A stretch of 63,107 nucleotides of DNA, filler included, from Candidatus Babelota bacterium (GCA_017999075.1; 12 parts of 12 records of this genome joined end to end with filler, not necessarily neighbours in it); one strand, 5' to 3'. Shown: positions 10,073 to 19,525, counted from the first letter of the whole stretch. The notes: generated from the sequence alone by a model not told the origin. Program-made: numbers and translations.

Positions 10073-13000
10073 TACTTTATTACCACAAAGGTAAGGAGTT
10101 CAAAATCTTCCAGACCTTTTATGCGATTCATAAGAGCGGTTGTGCCGCCTGCTGAAAAAAGACTTTCTACATCCCTTTCATCTTTGACATTAAGCGCGGA
10201 TTCAACGGATTTATTTAGCAGTTCTGAATATTTCCCCATATTTTTACCATCATTAGTTTCATCATTAAACAATTCATAAACATCTTTTATCGCTTCATTA
10301 TTCCCCTTACATAGCGAGCGGAGAATATCCAGCGTATTTTTAACATTCAAATGGTTTGATGCAATTTTTCCATCTGCTGTTATATAAACCAGATAAAAAG
10401 GGTGAAGTTGATTAGTTTTGTCAATATTAACTTCATTGTTTATATTTTTTAAAACAAAAACAACGCCTTCATTAACTCCTCGTTTTATGTCTTTTTTACA
10501 AACTGTGTGCATTCCGTTTGCAACATTTGCAAGACTTCCGTTCTGTTTAATATAATTCACTAAATCCATACGAAAATCATTTAATCCTAAATCAGTTATT
10601 GAAACACCAGATCCCATATCTTCAATATCAACTACTTCTTCCTGCAATTTTTCCAATTGTTTTTTTCTAAAGAGTAGATCCGAAGATTTATTCGTAAGAA
10701 CATTGTCTTCGCCGGTGGCTGTCGCATCAACCATAAACATTCTACTTTCAACCCTATTTTTCAGATTGATGTAGTCGTCAAGGGACAATTGAGGCCAGAA
10801 ATTAATCAACTGAATATCTTTATTTATTGACCCGATTCTATCAATACGACCAAACCGTTGAATAATGCGAACAGGATTCCAGTGTATATCATAATTAATA
10901 AGAGTGTCGCAATCTTGAAGATTTTGCCCTTCGGAAATACAATCCGTAGCAATTAAGACATCTATTTCAGGATCATCTTTTTTTCTTCGTTCTTTAGAAC
11001 GCGGAGAAAAATTGATAAGAATATTATTAAAACTATTGTCTAATTTTAGAGTTGTCTGATTTTGGTTTGAGCCGGTTATTTTAGCGGTTTCCAGATTAAG
11101 TTTTTTTTTATTATAGTCCGCTATATGTTTGTACAAATAATTCACGGTATCCGCAAAAGCGCTGAATATCAATACCTTTCTATTGTTTGCATTTACTGGA
11201 TTTTTGATTTTGTTTTCAATAAATGATTTTAAATCTTTCAGTTTTGTGTCATGTTCCGGCGTTACCTTTGCCATTTCAGCAAATATTTTTTTGGCAATAA
11301 GAACATCTGCCTCTAAGTCCTGCTTCCAGCCGTAAGTATTCATATCCTCAAGATTAACTTTTACTTTACCGCCAACGCTAAATTCATCACTCAGCCAGTC
11401 ATCACTATCGGCATCAATATCTATATCATTAAACTGTGAAGATTCTGTAAATGTTTGAACGCCTGTTTTTTCAAATGTTTTAATTTTGTTAATTGTAACT
11501 TCAATGCTTTTTATAAACTTACCAAGAGTAATCCTGAATGAATCGACCGAACTTTCTAATCTTTTAAGAAAATTTACCCGCATAAGGATTTGGAGATTTT
11601 TTTCACGATGCGACTGCTTAAAGCTTACATTCTCATTGATGCTGGTATCGTAAATGTCGCTATAAAACTGCCGTTTATTAGGTAATATGTATTCAGTAGG
11701 CGAGTATATAGACATTGTTAATTTTGAGAGTTCTTTATAGAGTTCTGATATTTCAATAAACCCCTCAATATCCGTTATGTTTGCGTGATGGGTAATAGGT
11801 TTTAATCTGTTTGGAAATTTACCGATTTTATTTATATCATAATACTTCTCGATGTGCTTTCTGCTTCTGGCTATTGTTACGCTATCAAGTAATTTAAAAA
11901 AATCAAAATTTGTATTAAGCATTTTTAAAAGCGTCTGACTGGTTCTTTCTTCTACCGGCAGTTTAGACCACTCATTAAATATTTTTTGAGCATTTGACAA
12001 TATAGTCTCGATGGATTTGTCAGTATCAATTTTTCCGGATGGACGACCTGTTTCGCCTTCACAAGCCAAAGCAATCTGATTCTTTAAATCGGTAAATCTG
12101 TTATTGACAGGAGTTGCTGAAAGCATAAGAACCTTTGTTTTAACGCCTGCTTTCATAACATCATTAAGTAATTTTTGATAACGGGTTACTCTGTCTTTTC
12201 TGGGATCATTATTTCTAAAATTATGCGATTCGTCAATTACTACCAAATCATAATTACCCCAGTTTATTCTTGATAAATCTATTCCGTTTGATTCCCCTCG
12301 TTCTCGTGATAAATCCGTATGATATAAAACATGATAATTGAAACGATCTTTTATCAAAGCGTTGTCATCATAATGATTTAAAAATGTGCGCCAGTTATCG
12401 CCAAGTTTTTTGGGGCATAAAACAAGAACAGTTCTGTTTCTTTCCTGATAATATTTAATAACGCCTAATGCTGAAAAGGTTTTGCCAAGTCCAACGCTAT
12501 CGGCAAGAATACAGCCATTGTGTCGTTCTAATTTATTGATAATTCCTAAAACGGCATCTTTTTGAAAATCGTAAAGTTTATTCCAGATTATAGATTTTTT
12601 AAAGCCAGTCTTTTCATTAGCAAGCTCATCTTCGGAAATATCCTCAAGGAACTCATCAAAAATATTGTAAAGAGTTAAATAATATATAAATTCGGGAGAA
12701 TTTTCTTTATACAGATTTGTAATATATTCGACAACTTCATCGGTTACATTTTTTAATATATTATCGTCGTTCCATATTTCTTCAAAGTTTTTAATGTATT
12801 GTTTTGTAGTCTCAAAATCGTCTGTCTTAATAATCTGGTGCAGTATAGAATTGTCTTTTTCATAACCGAAACCAGCGCTGCTAAACTCATTTATCCCCAT
12901 ATATACAAATCTATTATCAGTATTATCAAGAGTAATATGCGGCTGAATATATTTATTTCCAAGGTTAGTTTTAAAAGTTACTTTTTGCTCAATCCATTTT

Positions 13001-13320
13001 TTGCATTCTTTAGCAATCGCCTTGCCTTTAAGCTCATTTTTTAAATTTATTTCAAAATCTGAACCATTAATAGCCTTTTGCCGGAAATCAGCGTTAATCT
13101 GAAATTGTTTTTTTTCTCTTTTATTTTTATCAGCTTCAATAAATGTAGGATCTGTAAATATAAAATTTAATTTATTAATTTTTTTTAACTCATTTTTAAG
13201 ACATTCAAATCCGTATATAGTAAAAATGCCGGCTGCAACTTGCAGTTTGCTTTCTTTAACAATATTTTTTTTAAAGTCATCGCCGATTTTTTCGGTTTTA
13301 TTATTGAAGCTTTGTATCAT
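10072..13320 (-). CDS. SNF2-family helicase associated with Type III RM, with a degenerate PLD-like N-terminus
   Basis: LADSVGLGKT, VIDESHNFR, SATP, ISEGQNLQD, DIHWNPVRIIQRFGRIDRIG. Confidence 0.9.
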   Translation of the reverse strand: MIQSFNNKTEKIGDDFKKNIVKESKLQVAAGIFTIYGFECLKNELKKINKLNFIFTDPTFIEADKNKREKKQFQINADFRQKAINGSDFEINLKNELKGKAIAKECKKWIEQKVTFKTNLGNKYIQPHITLDNTDNRFVYMGINEFSSAGFGYEKDNSILHQIIKTDDFETTKQYIKNFEEIWNDDNILKNVTDEVVEYITNLYKENSPEFIYYLTLYNIFDEFLEDISEDELANEKTGFKKSIIWNKLYDFQKDAVLGIINKLERHNGCILADSVGLGKTFSALGVIKYYQERNRTVLVLCPKKLGDNWRTFLNHYDDNALIKDRFNYHVLYHTDLSRERGESNGIDLSRINWGNYDLVVIDESHNFRNNDPRKDRVTRYQKLLNDVMKAGVKTKVLMLSATPVNNRFTDLKNQIALACEGETGRPSGKIDTDKSIETILSNAQKIFNEWSKLPVEERTSQTLLKMLNTNFDFFKLLDSVTIARSRKHIEKYYDINKIGKFPNRLKPITHHANITDIEGFIEISELYKELSKLTMSIYSPTEYILPNKRQFYSDIYDTSINENVSFKQSHREKNLQILMRVNFLKRLESSVDSFRITLGKFIKSIEVTINKIKTFEKTGVQTFTESSQFNDIDIDADSDDWLSDEFSVGGKVKVNLEDMNTYGWKQDLEADVLIAKKIFAEMAKVTPEHDTKLKDLKSFIENKIKNPVNANNRKVLIFSAFADTVNYLYKHIADYNKKKLNLETAKITGSNQNQTTLKLDNSFNNILINFSPRSKERRKKDDPEIDVLIATDCISEGQNLQDCDTLINYDIHWNPVRIIQRFGRIDRIGSINKDIQLINFWPQLSLDDYINLKNRVESRMFMVDATATGEDNVLTNKSSDLLFRKKQLEKLQEEVVDIEDMGSGVSITDLGLNDFRMDLVNYIKQNGSLANVANGMHTVCKKDIKRGVNEGVVFVLKNINNEVNIDKTNQLHPFYLVYITADGKIASNHLNVKNTLDILRSLCKGNNEAIKDVYELFNDETNDGKNMGKYSELLNKSVESALNVKDERDVESLFSAGGTTALMNRIKGLEDFELLTFVVIK

Positions 13321-13328
13321 ATCTTTAA

Positions 13329-13358
13329 ATTATATCATTAATAATCAACAAAAATCAA
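13329..13358 (-). promoter_or_regulatory. Putative promoter of the helicase-RM operon (extended -10, near-leaderless)
   Basis: Minus strand reads TTGATT-N18-TATAAT with TGn before the -10. The -10 ends 8 nt before the ATG and there is no SD. Confidence 0.45.
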
Positions 13359-13563
13359 GGTTATTATAATTTATTTTTTTTTAATTTTACTAAATATAAG
13401 TGTAAATTCAATCTATCAAATAACTTTAGAAGAAAATCAGTGTTTTGAACAATCTAATTTTATTTTGCTAAAGCTAAATACGCCTATGAAATATCTGTAG
13501 AATAATGTTTTTATCATTTGTAAACAGGTTAAATGATATTTTAATTTTTTGGTGTGTTTGGAC

Positions 13564-13921
13564 ATTGACAAGAAAAGTCAATGTGCGCTATTTTAAAATT
13601 GACAGGAAATGTCAATGTGCGTCTTTCTCAGATTGACAAAAAAAGTCAATGTGCTTATTTCTGAAAATGATATGAAAAGTCAATATGCATCTTTCTGAAA
13701 TTGACAAGAAAAGTCAACTTTTGTTTGTTTGAAAATGACAGTAAATGTCAATATGCTCTTTCTCAGATTGACAATAAAAGTCAATGTGCTTCTTTCTGAT
13801 ATTGACAAAAAATGTCAATGTGTGTTGATTTAAGATTGACAAAAAATGTCAATGTGTGTTGATTTAAGATTGACAAAAAATGTCAATGTGTGTTGATTTA
13901 AGATTGACAAAAAATGTCAAT
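13564..13921. repeat. Tandem array of 11 palindromes ATTGAC-N7-GTCAAT, 34-bp period
   Basis: Units start at 13564, 13598, 13632, 13666, 13700, 13734, 13767, 13801, 13835, 13869 and 13903. Units 8-10 are identical over 34 bp. Confidence 0.95.
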
Positions 13922-14017
13922 ATTTTATTAGCAGGTCTTTGATTATAAACGCAATGACCATTTGTTATAACGGACAAAAAAGGGCGTATTAAGAAATGGT
14001 CGGGCGGAAGCGGAAAT

Positions 14018-14214
14018 AATTGCGAATTGTGAATTGTGAATTGCTAATGGTGAATTGTGAATGTTGAGTTTTGAGTGTTGGAAAATTAGTTTATAAAGTT
14101 TATAAGGTTCGTAAAGTTTGGAGTTAATAAAATTATTGATTGGTATTTTACGACCGACTTCGCACTTCGCACTTCGCACAATATTGACTGTCAACTGTCA
14201 ACTGACAACTGACT
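14018..14214. repeat. Cluster of short tandem repeats (7-mers and 9-mers)
   Basis: About 9x AATTGTG-like (14018-14080), 3-4x AGTTTATAA-like (14088-14123), 3x ACTTCGC (14157-14177), 4x ACTGTCA-like (14187-14214). Confidence 0.85.
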
Positions 14215-14262
14215 AATAAAAATATGATATAAAAAAAGATAGAAAGAAAAATGTTGAAAAAC

Positions 14263-14291
14263 TTGACAAATGAATAATAATAGTATATATT
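14263..14291 (+). promoter_or_regulatory. Putative sigma70-type promoter for the 14365 gene
   Basis: TTGACA-N17-TATATT. Confidence 0.55.
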
Positions 14292-14364
14292 ACAATTGCG
14301 ACTGATTAAAGGAATGTGTAAGGCACAATTTTGAGATGATTGAAAATTTGGATTAGCGGGGGCA

Positions 14365-14925
14365 ATGGAGATGGAGAAAAATAATAGTAAGAAAAGCGTG
14401 AAGAAAGCGCGGAAACATATATCAATTTATTTTCCGCATTATGATAAGGACACGGATAAAAAGACGCATAAATTTGTAACAGTATCGTTTGATATTGAAA
14501 CGAATAAGCCGGATAGGATGCTGTTTGAAAAAATTACTACTGAAAAAATCATGGGCGGGAAGATTAAAGGTATTTGCAAAATTTATGGATACGATGATTT
14601 AATGGACAGGGCGCGAATGGAGGAATCTAAACCGTCAACAGTGATAAAGAAAATATTATACGGCAAGTTTTTTGGGAACGAGGAAGCGTATTATTGCTTG
14701 AATGTTGTTGATGAATTTCACGCAACATCAATAAATGAGGAATTGCGTTATTTACGCAAACGATTTGAATTTGTAAATATGTCTACGGAGAAATTGAAAT
14801 TGTCGCAATTGATTAGAGGGTTGGAAAAGATTATTGAAAAAGAAAAATTACAGAAAGAGTCGCTTGAAGTATTGCGCGATATTTCAAGTTATTTGAAACA
14901 GATACAGGGGCTCGGTAATAAATAA
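14365..14925 (+). CDS. Hypothetical protein with a ribbon-helix-helix-like segment
   Basis: 186-aa basic ORF. YDDLMDRARMEESKPSTVIKKIL fits the helix-turn-helix half of CopG/RHH proteins, judged by eye. Confidence 0.55.
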   Translation: MEMEKNNSKKSVKKARKHISIYFPHYDKDTDKKTHKFVTVSFDIETNKPDRMLFEKITTEKIMGGKIKGICKIYGYDDLMDRARMEESKPSTVIKKILYGKFFGNEEAYYCLNVVDEFHATSINEELRYLRKRFEFVNMSTEKLKLSQLIRGLEKIIEKEKLQKESLEVLRDISSYLKQIQGLGNK

Positions 14926-15007
14926 TTGCGGATTGCCGCTACGCATATTATGCCGGATTTATTTTAAATAGGCGCGGTTGATATATTTTATTTTTCGGAG
15001 GGCGTAT

Positions 15008-15162
15008 ATGAAAAATCAAAATGCAATCAATAATAAAAAAATATGTATCGGCGCGCTTGAAGACGGTAAGAAAGTAAATCTGACAATGAAAGAAATGTAT
15101 TTGAATATGCTGATTACGGGTATGAAGGGCGCGGGCAAGACGCAGGGAATATTGTATAATGT
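15008..15162 (+). CDS. P-loop ATPase N-terminus (VirD4/TraD coupling protein- or HerA-like), truncated by contig end
   Basis: GGAGG RBS before ATG 15008. ICIG...V.L...NMLITGMKGAGKT Walker A context. Confidence 0.6.
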
Positions 15163-15262
15163 NNNNNNNNNNNNNNNNNNNNNNNNNNNNNNNNNNNNNN
15201 NNNNNNTTAATTAATTAANNNNNNNNNNNNNNNNNNNNNNNNNNNNNNNNNNNNNNNNNNNN
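15163..15262. other. Artificial contig linker. Others at 18501, 21831, 25139, 28440, 43441, 46737, 50032, 53323, 56594 and 59854, each 100 nt
   Basis: Identical N44-TTAATTAATTAA-N44 blocks with stops in all six frames. Confidence 0.98.
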
Positions 15263-15853
15263 CTGAGAATGAGGAATAATTTTTCTGAATTCATAACTGC
15301 AATCAGGAAAAAAATTTTTGATGCAATTTTTATCAAATTGCCGTGTAATTCCGGTTTTATTATTTTTTCCATATGAATCGAACCATATAATTATCCCATC
15401 GTCTTTTAAGACACGAAGCATTTCACAAGCTATTCTTCTACAAAAATCATCTTCTAAAATTGAAGAAAAAACAAAAAACTGTGTCACAATATCAAATTTT
15501 TTATCTTTTAAAGAAAGGGTCCGTCCATCGCAACTAAATATATTGGATGATTGATATTTTTTTTTAATAATTTTTAATCTGTAATCAATTACATCCGCCC
15601 CATAATAATCTTTTTCAAATATTCCGTATTTTAAAAAAAGAGGTAAATTTCCGCCTTCGCCACAACCAACTTCAAAAATTTTTTTATTTTCAAAATTAAA
15701 AATTCGGCATTTGTTTAATAGAAAAAACAATTCTCTTAATAATGCAGAAAAATAATACCCTGATATTCCAGTAGGTTGTTTGTTGCTTTTATAAAATTCC
15801 GAATTATCCCATTTTGAATATTCCTGCTTTATGCGTTTAATTTCTGGATCCAT
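15263..15853 (-). CDS. Class I SAM-dependent methyltransferase (3' truncated)
   Basis: IFEVGCGEG, FDIV, EMLRVLKDDGIIIWFD. Confidence 0.85.
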
Positions 15854-15863
15854 TTATAGTTCC

Positions 15864-16790
15864 TCAGTTATACTCTTTAATTCCCGGTTTATTTTTATAC
15901 ATAAATTTATTACCAAAATGCATATTTAATGTTCCTGAAATAATTATTAAAGCCATTCTAAATCTTTTTTGGAAGATATAAATCAATACCATTCCAAATA
16001 AAGTCCAGTATAAACAAATACGGTTTACAATACCAAAATTAAAATTCTTATAAAAAAAATATAAATAATTTCTGATAAACATTTTTTTTGCGTCAAATTC
16101 ATTTTTCAAAAAACGAGGAGATTCCATGTTTCTATGAAATCCTTTGGCAAACCCGTTATAATATATATGATATTTTTGACCTACTCTGTATGAAAAATCA
16201 ATATCTTCTAAAGAACCATATTTTTCAAAAAACTCGTCAAATTGAAATTCTTCAAAAATTTGTTTTTTATATACTGTTAATCCCCCGCACAACCAGCCGA
16301 CTCTATTTATTTTTTCAGTTTCTTTCAAATAAACATAAATCCCATTTTTTAAAAAACCTGCAGTTTCGCTATATTCCGCCAATCTAAAAACTTTTTCACG
16401 CAATTTCAGTTTATTATATACAGGAGCAGAAAAATTACTCGTTTCAGAAAGCATTCCCCTGCATCCTATGCAGTCCGAATATTTTTCAAAAAAACCAATC
16501 ATAATTTCAATAAAATCTTTTTTTAAAATAATGTCATCATCTAAAAACAACACTAATTCATTTTTAGCATATTTAATTCCGGTATTTTTAGCTTTTGTTA
16601 ATGACGGCACAATTTGTTTAACAAAAACTATTTTAAATTTATAGTTTTTTCCTATCTCATAATCATTGTCAGATTGGTCTATTATTATTACTTCTTCGGG
16701 GATAACTGTCTGTTCATTTATAGAATTCAACAAATCTTTAAGGAAGGTTTCCCTATCTTTAGTTGGGATTATAACGCTTATGCCGCTCAT
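15864..16790 (-). CDS. Glycosyltransferase family 2
   Basis: ISVIIPT, IIIDQS, LFLDDD, EDIDFSYR. Confidence 0.9.
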   Translation of the reverse strand: MSGISVIIPTKDRETFLKDLLNSINEQTVIPEEVIIIDQSDNDYEIGKNYKFKIVFVKQIVPSLTKAKNTGIKYAKNELVLFLDDDIILKKDFIEIMIGFFEKYSDCIGCRGMLSETSNFSAPVYNKLKLREKVFRLAEYSETAGFLKNGIYVYLKETEKINRVGWLCGGLTVYKKQIFEEFQFDEFFEKYGSLEDIDFSYRVGQKYHIYYNGFAKGFHRNMESPRFLKNEFDAKKMFIRNYLYFFYKNFNFGIVNRICLYWTLFGMVLIYIFQKRFRMALIIISGTLNMHFGNKFMYKNKPGIKEYN

Positions 16791-16794
16791 AAAA

Positions 16795-17832
16795 TCATAA
16801 AAAAATATTTCTGATTAAATACTCAACTCTATGAATATATGTATGCTCTTTCTTAGCTCTTATATATCCATTATCAGCAATTTCATTTAATTTATCTTTG
16901 TGTTCGATATAATATCTGATTTTTTCCTTTAACTCTTTAATAGAATAATATGTTTCAATTTCTTTTCCAGGTTCAAAATAATTTTTCATTGAATTTCTAT
17001 AATCAGTAATTAAAAAATTTCCACTGCCTATAACTTCAAAATTTCGCGTATTCAATCCATAGATAGTTTGAGGATTATGTATATTTAAATTTATCCAGCT
17101 TTTATTATAAACATCATTTGCTTTTAAACAATCAATGTTATTATCTATTTTATATTTTTCAAATGATTTCCATCCATTCCCAAAAAGAGCTATATCAAAA
17201 TTTGTCAATTCATTCAGTATTTCAATTCTTTCCTTTGAAGAATCGCTGCCTACAAACGATATATTATATTCTTTAGTAACCTTTTTTTTATTAAAAATTT
17301 GTTCGTCAAATGCAAAAGGAAAACAATACACTTCTTTATTCAACCGCTTTAAAAAATCAATAAAATATTCATCATATACCAAAATCGCATCATAACAGTA
17401 AAATGACTTAATTGCATCATTTTCAAATGACGGCGGGAAAGTACTCCAGTTGAAAACAGGATCATCTATAAACCATATTACAATTTTAATTTTCGGATAT
17501 TTTTGTTTTATTGTTTGTAAAGTTTCACTGTGAATATATGCGCCTCTGATTATAAACAATATATCATATTTATTTTTAGATAACTCAGATAATAATAATT
17601 CATTATTTTTTGCATACAATTTTTTATCTATAAATGAATTCATCAGCACAGGAAAATTATTTCCTATAAAACCATACAGTTTAAGGTGTTTCAATTTTCT
17701 TACAGCATTAATAGATAAATAATTATTATTACAGCTGATTTTTTCTACATCTATTTTATGATGTTGAAACGCGCGAATTAAAAAATCACTTAATGGATGA
17801 AACCATCCAATATCTACTAATAATAAATTCAT
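16795..17832 (-). CDS. CgeB-like glycosyltransferase (Glyco_trans_1_2)
   Basis: WFIDDP, ISFVGS, INLNIH, NTRNFEVIGSG.FLITD, EHTYIHRV. Confidence 0.85.
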   Translation of the reverse strand: MNLLLVDIGWFHPLSDFLIRAFQHHKIDVEKISCNNNYLSINAVRKLKHLKLYGFIGNNFPVLMNSFIDKKLYAKNNELLLSELSKNKYDILFIIRGAYIHSETLQTIKQKYPKIKIVIWFIDDPVFNWSTFPPSFENDAIKSFYCYDAILVYDEYFIDFLKRLNKEVYCFPFAFDEQIFNKKKVTKEYNISFVGSDSSKERIEILNELTNFDIALFGNGWKSFEKYKIDNNIDCLKANDVYNKSWINLNIHNPQTIYGLNTRNFEVIGSGNFLITDYRNSMKNYFEPGKEIETYYSIKELKEKIRYYIEHKDKLNEIADNGYIRAKKEHTYIHRVEYLIRNIFL

Positions 17833-17838
17833 ATAATT

Positions 17839-18500
17839 TTAATTTTTAAATTTCATTTTATGCAGAATATCAAGTATTCCCTGACCTAAATCAATATGGG
17901 GATTAACTATATATTTTTTCCCTAATTTAGGCCTAAAAGAATATGGAGTCATTTCATAATGGTCTTCAAAGGAACATTCCGGTTTAAATTCAATTTCAAT
18001 TTCGTTATTAAAAATTTCTTTGATCATTGTCAGTAAATCTTTGATTTTTATTGCTGTATTCCCTGTAAGAATTACATTTTCATTTTTAAATTCGTCATTT
18101 AAAATTTCAACACTTGCTTTGGCAGCATCTTCTACATGAATGTATTCTCTCAATTCTTCTCCGTCAGAATATCTTACTATTTTTTTATAAATCAATGCCT
18201 GAGTTAATATATCTTTAATCCAATTGTTTTCCTGGGCATTAGGTCCGTAAACAGAACCATATCTTAAAATCGTATAATCCAAATTAAATTTTTTTTGATA
18301 TTCTTCTATCATTATTTCGCACATTTGCTTGCTGCATCTGTAAAATGACCCCTTTTCACTGTAAACATAAACAGAACTTGCAAAAACATAACGTTTAACT
18401 TTATTTATAGCACATGCTTCTAAAATATTCAGGTTTCCCAAGACATTAGTATGAATTGCATTATATGCTGATTGATTCGCCAAATCCATATCTACAATAC
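17839..18500 (-). CDS. NAD-dependent epimerase/dehydratase (5' truncated)
   Basis: FASSVYVY, YRCSK (YxxxK), LRYGSVYGP, REYIHVEDAA. Confidence 0.9.
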
Positions 18501-18600
18501 NNNNNNNNNNNNNNNNNNNNNNNNNNNNNNNNNNNNNNNNNNNNTTAATTAATTAANNNNNNNNNNNNNNNNNNNNNNNNNNNNNNNNNNNNNNNNNNNN

Positions 18601-19479
18601 AACTCTCGGTATCACTAATCTGTCGCCGGGATGAAGCACATAATTTTCAGCTTGATTACCATTATATTGAAGCGATTCCAAATTTACAAAAATTTCTTTT
18701 CCTGATGATCTCACTATTTTTGACAAATGTTTTAAAGCTGATGGGGATAACCCTCCTGCCATTCTTATCACATCAGATATTAATATTTTAGAATTTTTTT
18801 CAAGTTCATATTCTCCAGGTTTTGAAACTTCTCCGTCAATTATTATTTTACCAAAAATATTTTTAGGAAGATATATTGTATCTCCGTTTTTTATTATTAT
18901 ATTCTGCACTAAATTGCCGGTTTCCAGTAATTCTTCCAGATTAATTTTTACAACCTGACCATTTTTTCTTGTAATAATTACTTCTTTAACTTTTGAAATA
19001 ACAGGATTGTATCCGCACTTCGTCAATAAATCAAGAAGTCTCGTAGATCCTTCTAAATATACGGTTCCTTGTGTAGGAATATCCCCTATTATAGTTACTT
19101 TCTGACTTTTTATTTGTTTTACTTTTACTATTACTGTAGGTTCTCTTAAAAATTTCGACAAACTCTGAGTTAATTTAACGCTTAATTGAGCTGGAGTTAA
19201 ACCGGCGCAATGCACATCTCCAAGCATTTGGTAAGAAATCATTCCGTCTGCTCTTACCTTTACCAATTCTTTTAAATTATCATACCCCCACACATCTATT
19301 TCCAATTCATCATCAGCGCCTATTGTATATACATATTCATCACTTACTGTTAACATCGGAGTATAATCTTCCGCATTAAACGATATGTTAAATGTAATTA
19401 TCATAATACAACAAATTATTATTAACCTATTAAACATTTTTTCCTCCTGAAAATTGTTGTTAACTTTTAATTTTACCAA
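18601..19479 (-). CDS. wza: Polysaccharide export protein (Wza/SLBB), N-terminal part. The start is probably MFNRL at about 19437
   Basis: YTIGADDEL, VRADGMIS..LGDV..AGLT, repeated SLBB motifs (GEVSKPGEY, MAGGL). CAGGAG RBS before MFNRL. Confidence 0.85.
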
Positions 19480-19525
19480 TAAATTATTTCAATGTCAATT
19501 ATTTTTTTTAATAATATGACAATTT

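Noticed and set aside
13564-13921. CRISPR array
   Set aside because: The 'spacers' are only 14-15 bp, resemble each other and three are identical. The repeat interior varies. No cas genes are in the window.
13564-13921. TIGR-type guide array
   Set aside because: Alternating constant and variable blocks are superficially similar, but the period is 34, the variable parts are low-information and mutually similar, no box C/D-like motifs are evident and no Nop-domain gene is recognisable nearby.
14002-14013. ops/JUMPstart-like element GGGCGGAAGCGG
   Set aside because: Only a partial match to GGCGGTAG, and it lies upstream of the predicted promoter. Not enough support.
13943-14194. 83-aa ORF
   Set aside because: It is a translation of the heptamer repeats (HNSPLAIHNSQFAI), with no RBS or family motif.
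15163-15262. Recurring TTAATTAATTAA motif as a biological repeat
   Set aside because: It is always embedded in identical N-runs, so it is an artificial six-frame-stop contig linker. Cross-linker gene neighbourhoods were not interpreted.
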